DNA of 64,000 nucleotides from Escherichia coli O157:H7 (GTDB lineage Bacteria; Pseudomonadota; Gammaproteobacteria; Enterobacterales; Enterobacteriaceae): NCBI RefSeq assembly GCF_013167455.1, contig NZ_CP038328.1; one strand, 5' to 3'. Shown piece by piece: positions 63,063 to 64,000 of this stretch (position 1 is its first letter; each line of letters starts with the position of its first letter). The notes under the pieces were generated by a model. It saw only the letters and a program-made list of their open reading frames with translations, ran no database searches and was not told where the DNA came from. The position numbers and the translations under genes were made by a program.

Positions 63063-63452
63063 GTGAATAATGCCTTACCGGCCCTGATTGCCGGGGCGTG
63101 CATGGCGGCGCTGGGGATTATCGCTGTACTGGTTGCCGCTATATGGGGAATGCACCAGAAGACGCAGCGCCTTGAAGACAATAATCAGGTGCTTGTGCGT
63201 GAGCGGGATGAGGCGCGTCAGGTGCTGGCAAATCAGCAGCACACCCTGCAACTCATTTCACAAATCAGTGAGGCGGCCACGAATGAAAAACAACAGAACA
63301 TTCAGCACAGCGAGGGGCAGCAGAGCGTTGTCCGCCGGTCGCTGGCGGCAGTGCCTGCGGCCTCTGCCCCTGTTCCTGATGATGTGGCTGATCGGGTGCG
63401 CCGGGCCGTCTGTGAAATACGTGCCTGTGAAGCCGGTGCCGATCCCCGCTGA
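63063..63452 (+). CDS. i-spanin (Rz-like)
   Basis: N-terminal TM ALPALIAGACMAALGIIAVLVAAIWG then coiled-coil-like periplasmic region; start uncertain (GTG 63063 or ATG ~63100). Confidence 0.5.
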   Translation: MNNALPALIAGACMAALGIIAVLVAAIWGMHQKTQRLEDNNQVLVRERDEARQVLANQQHTLQLISQISEAATNEKQQNIQHSEGQQSVVRRSLAAVPAASAPVPDDVADRVRRAVCEIRACEAGADPR

Positions 63453-63654
63453 ATGGCTGGCTGACTGCCTGGTCCCTCCTGCGCCGGAGCCGTTCACGTT
63501 TGGGGCATCGGTCACTTACAACCTGCAACTGCTGGCGGTGATCAAGAACTGCAACGTGGACAAGGCCAGTATTCGTCGTCTGGAGGCGCGGCGACAACAT
63601 GAATTTACTGATATGGCCGGAACGCCTGCTGTTCCGGCAGGAAAGACGAAGTAA
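63282..63654 (+). CDS. o-spanin (Rz1-like lipoprotein), overlapping i-spanin in another frame
   Basis: lipobox LIGC after hydrophobic stretch; Pro-rich mature region PVKPVPIPAEW...PPAPEP. Confidence 0.55.
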
Positions 63655-63664
63655 GGAAAAAGGT

Positions 63665-63892
63665 ATGGATGATTCAGATCGTGCTCAGGCTGTGATGGAG
63701 CGGGGATCAGAACGCGCCCTTTGTAACCGGCTGACACGTAAGCGCCGGGCAATGGATGCTCCGGGCAGACGTGTCTGCGCGGACTGTGGCGGAGAGATCC
63801 CCGCCGCACGTCTTGTTGCTGTGCCGGATGCCATCCGTTGTGTGAACTGCCAGAACATCATGGAGGCCCGTCATGTGGGTCAGCATCGTTAA
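63665..63892 (+). CDS. TraR/DksA-family C4 zinc-finger protein
   Basis: 75 aa from MDDSDRAQAV; CADCGGEI...CVNC; SD AGGAAAAAGG. Confidence 0.7.
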   Translation: MDDSDRAQAVMERGSERALCNRLTRKRRAMDAPGRRVCADCGGEIPAARLVAVPDAIRCVNCQNIMEARHVGQHR

Positions 63893-64000
63893 AGATTATG
63901 TTGTGCCGATCCTTTCGGCGACGGCAACCGCTGGCGGGATATTCATGGCGCTGATGCGCAAAACGTTTGTCCCCCGCGAGGCCTTTGAAAAACTCTCCGA
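63873..64000 (+). CDS. hypothetical protein, N-terminal part only (runs off window end)
   Basis: ATG 63873 overlapping upstream stop; MWVSIVKDYVVPILSATATAGGIFMALMRK... Confidence 0.4.
   Translation, partial: MWVSIVKDYVVPILSATATAGGIFMALMRKTFVPREAFEKLS

Larger units (their letters stand above)
51762..64000. mobile_element. Mu-like transposable prophage, left end and early/middle/lysis region; continues beyond window
   Basis: end begins TGTAACC..., three end repeats, then repressor(-), ner-like, DDE transposase, AAA+ B protein, gam, gemA, mor, endolysin, spanins in Mu order. Confidence 0.85.

Overview
The window reads as Escherichia coli chromosome (K-12-like synteny recognised from memory, no database search) carrying three mobile elements. 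(1) 1-~11850: the integrase-proximal half of a Rac-like lambdoid prophage, from the replication genes through the racR/ydaS switch, the early-left operon (recE, recT, ralR) to xisR-intR beside ttcA. (2) ~11855-51760: host genes ttcA, dbpA, FnrS sRNA, zntB, dgcM, smrA, McaS sRNA, abgRAB, abgT (split by an IS629-like IS3-family element), ogt, fnr, uspE, ynaJ, ynaI, mppA, pgrR, ycjY, a frameshifted ycjY paralog, mpaA, ycjG, tpx, tyrR, ycjF, ycjX, ycjW, ompG and ycjV-ycjP. (3) ~51762 to the window end: the left end of a Mu-like transposable prophage inserted inside ycjO. The most interesting items are the Mu-like insertion that cuts the ycj sugar cluster, a structured leader with two terminators and mutually exclusive repeat pairings in front of a Rha-family gene in the Rac-like early-left operon, the internally deleted IS in abgT, and a poly-G frameshift in the ycjY paralog. 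No CRISPR array, tRNA or rRNA was found. Coordinates of starts and small elements were counted by hand and may be off by a few bases.
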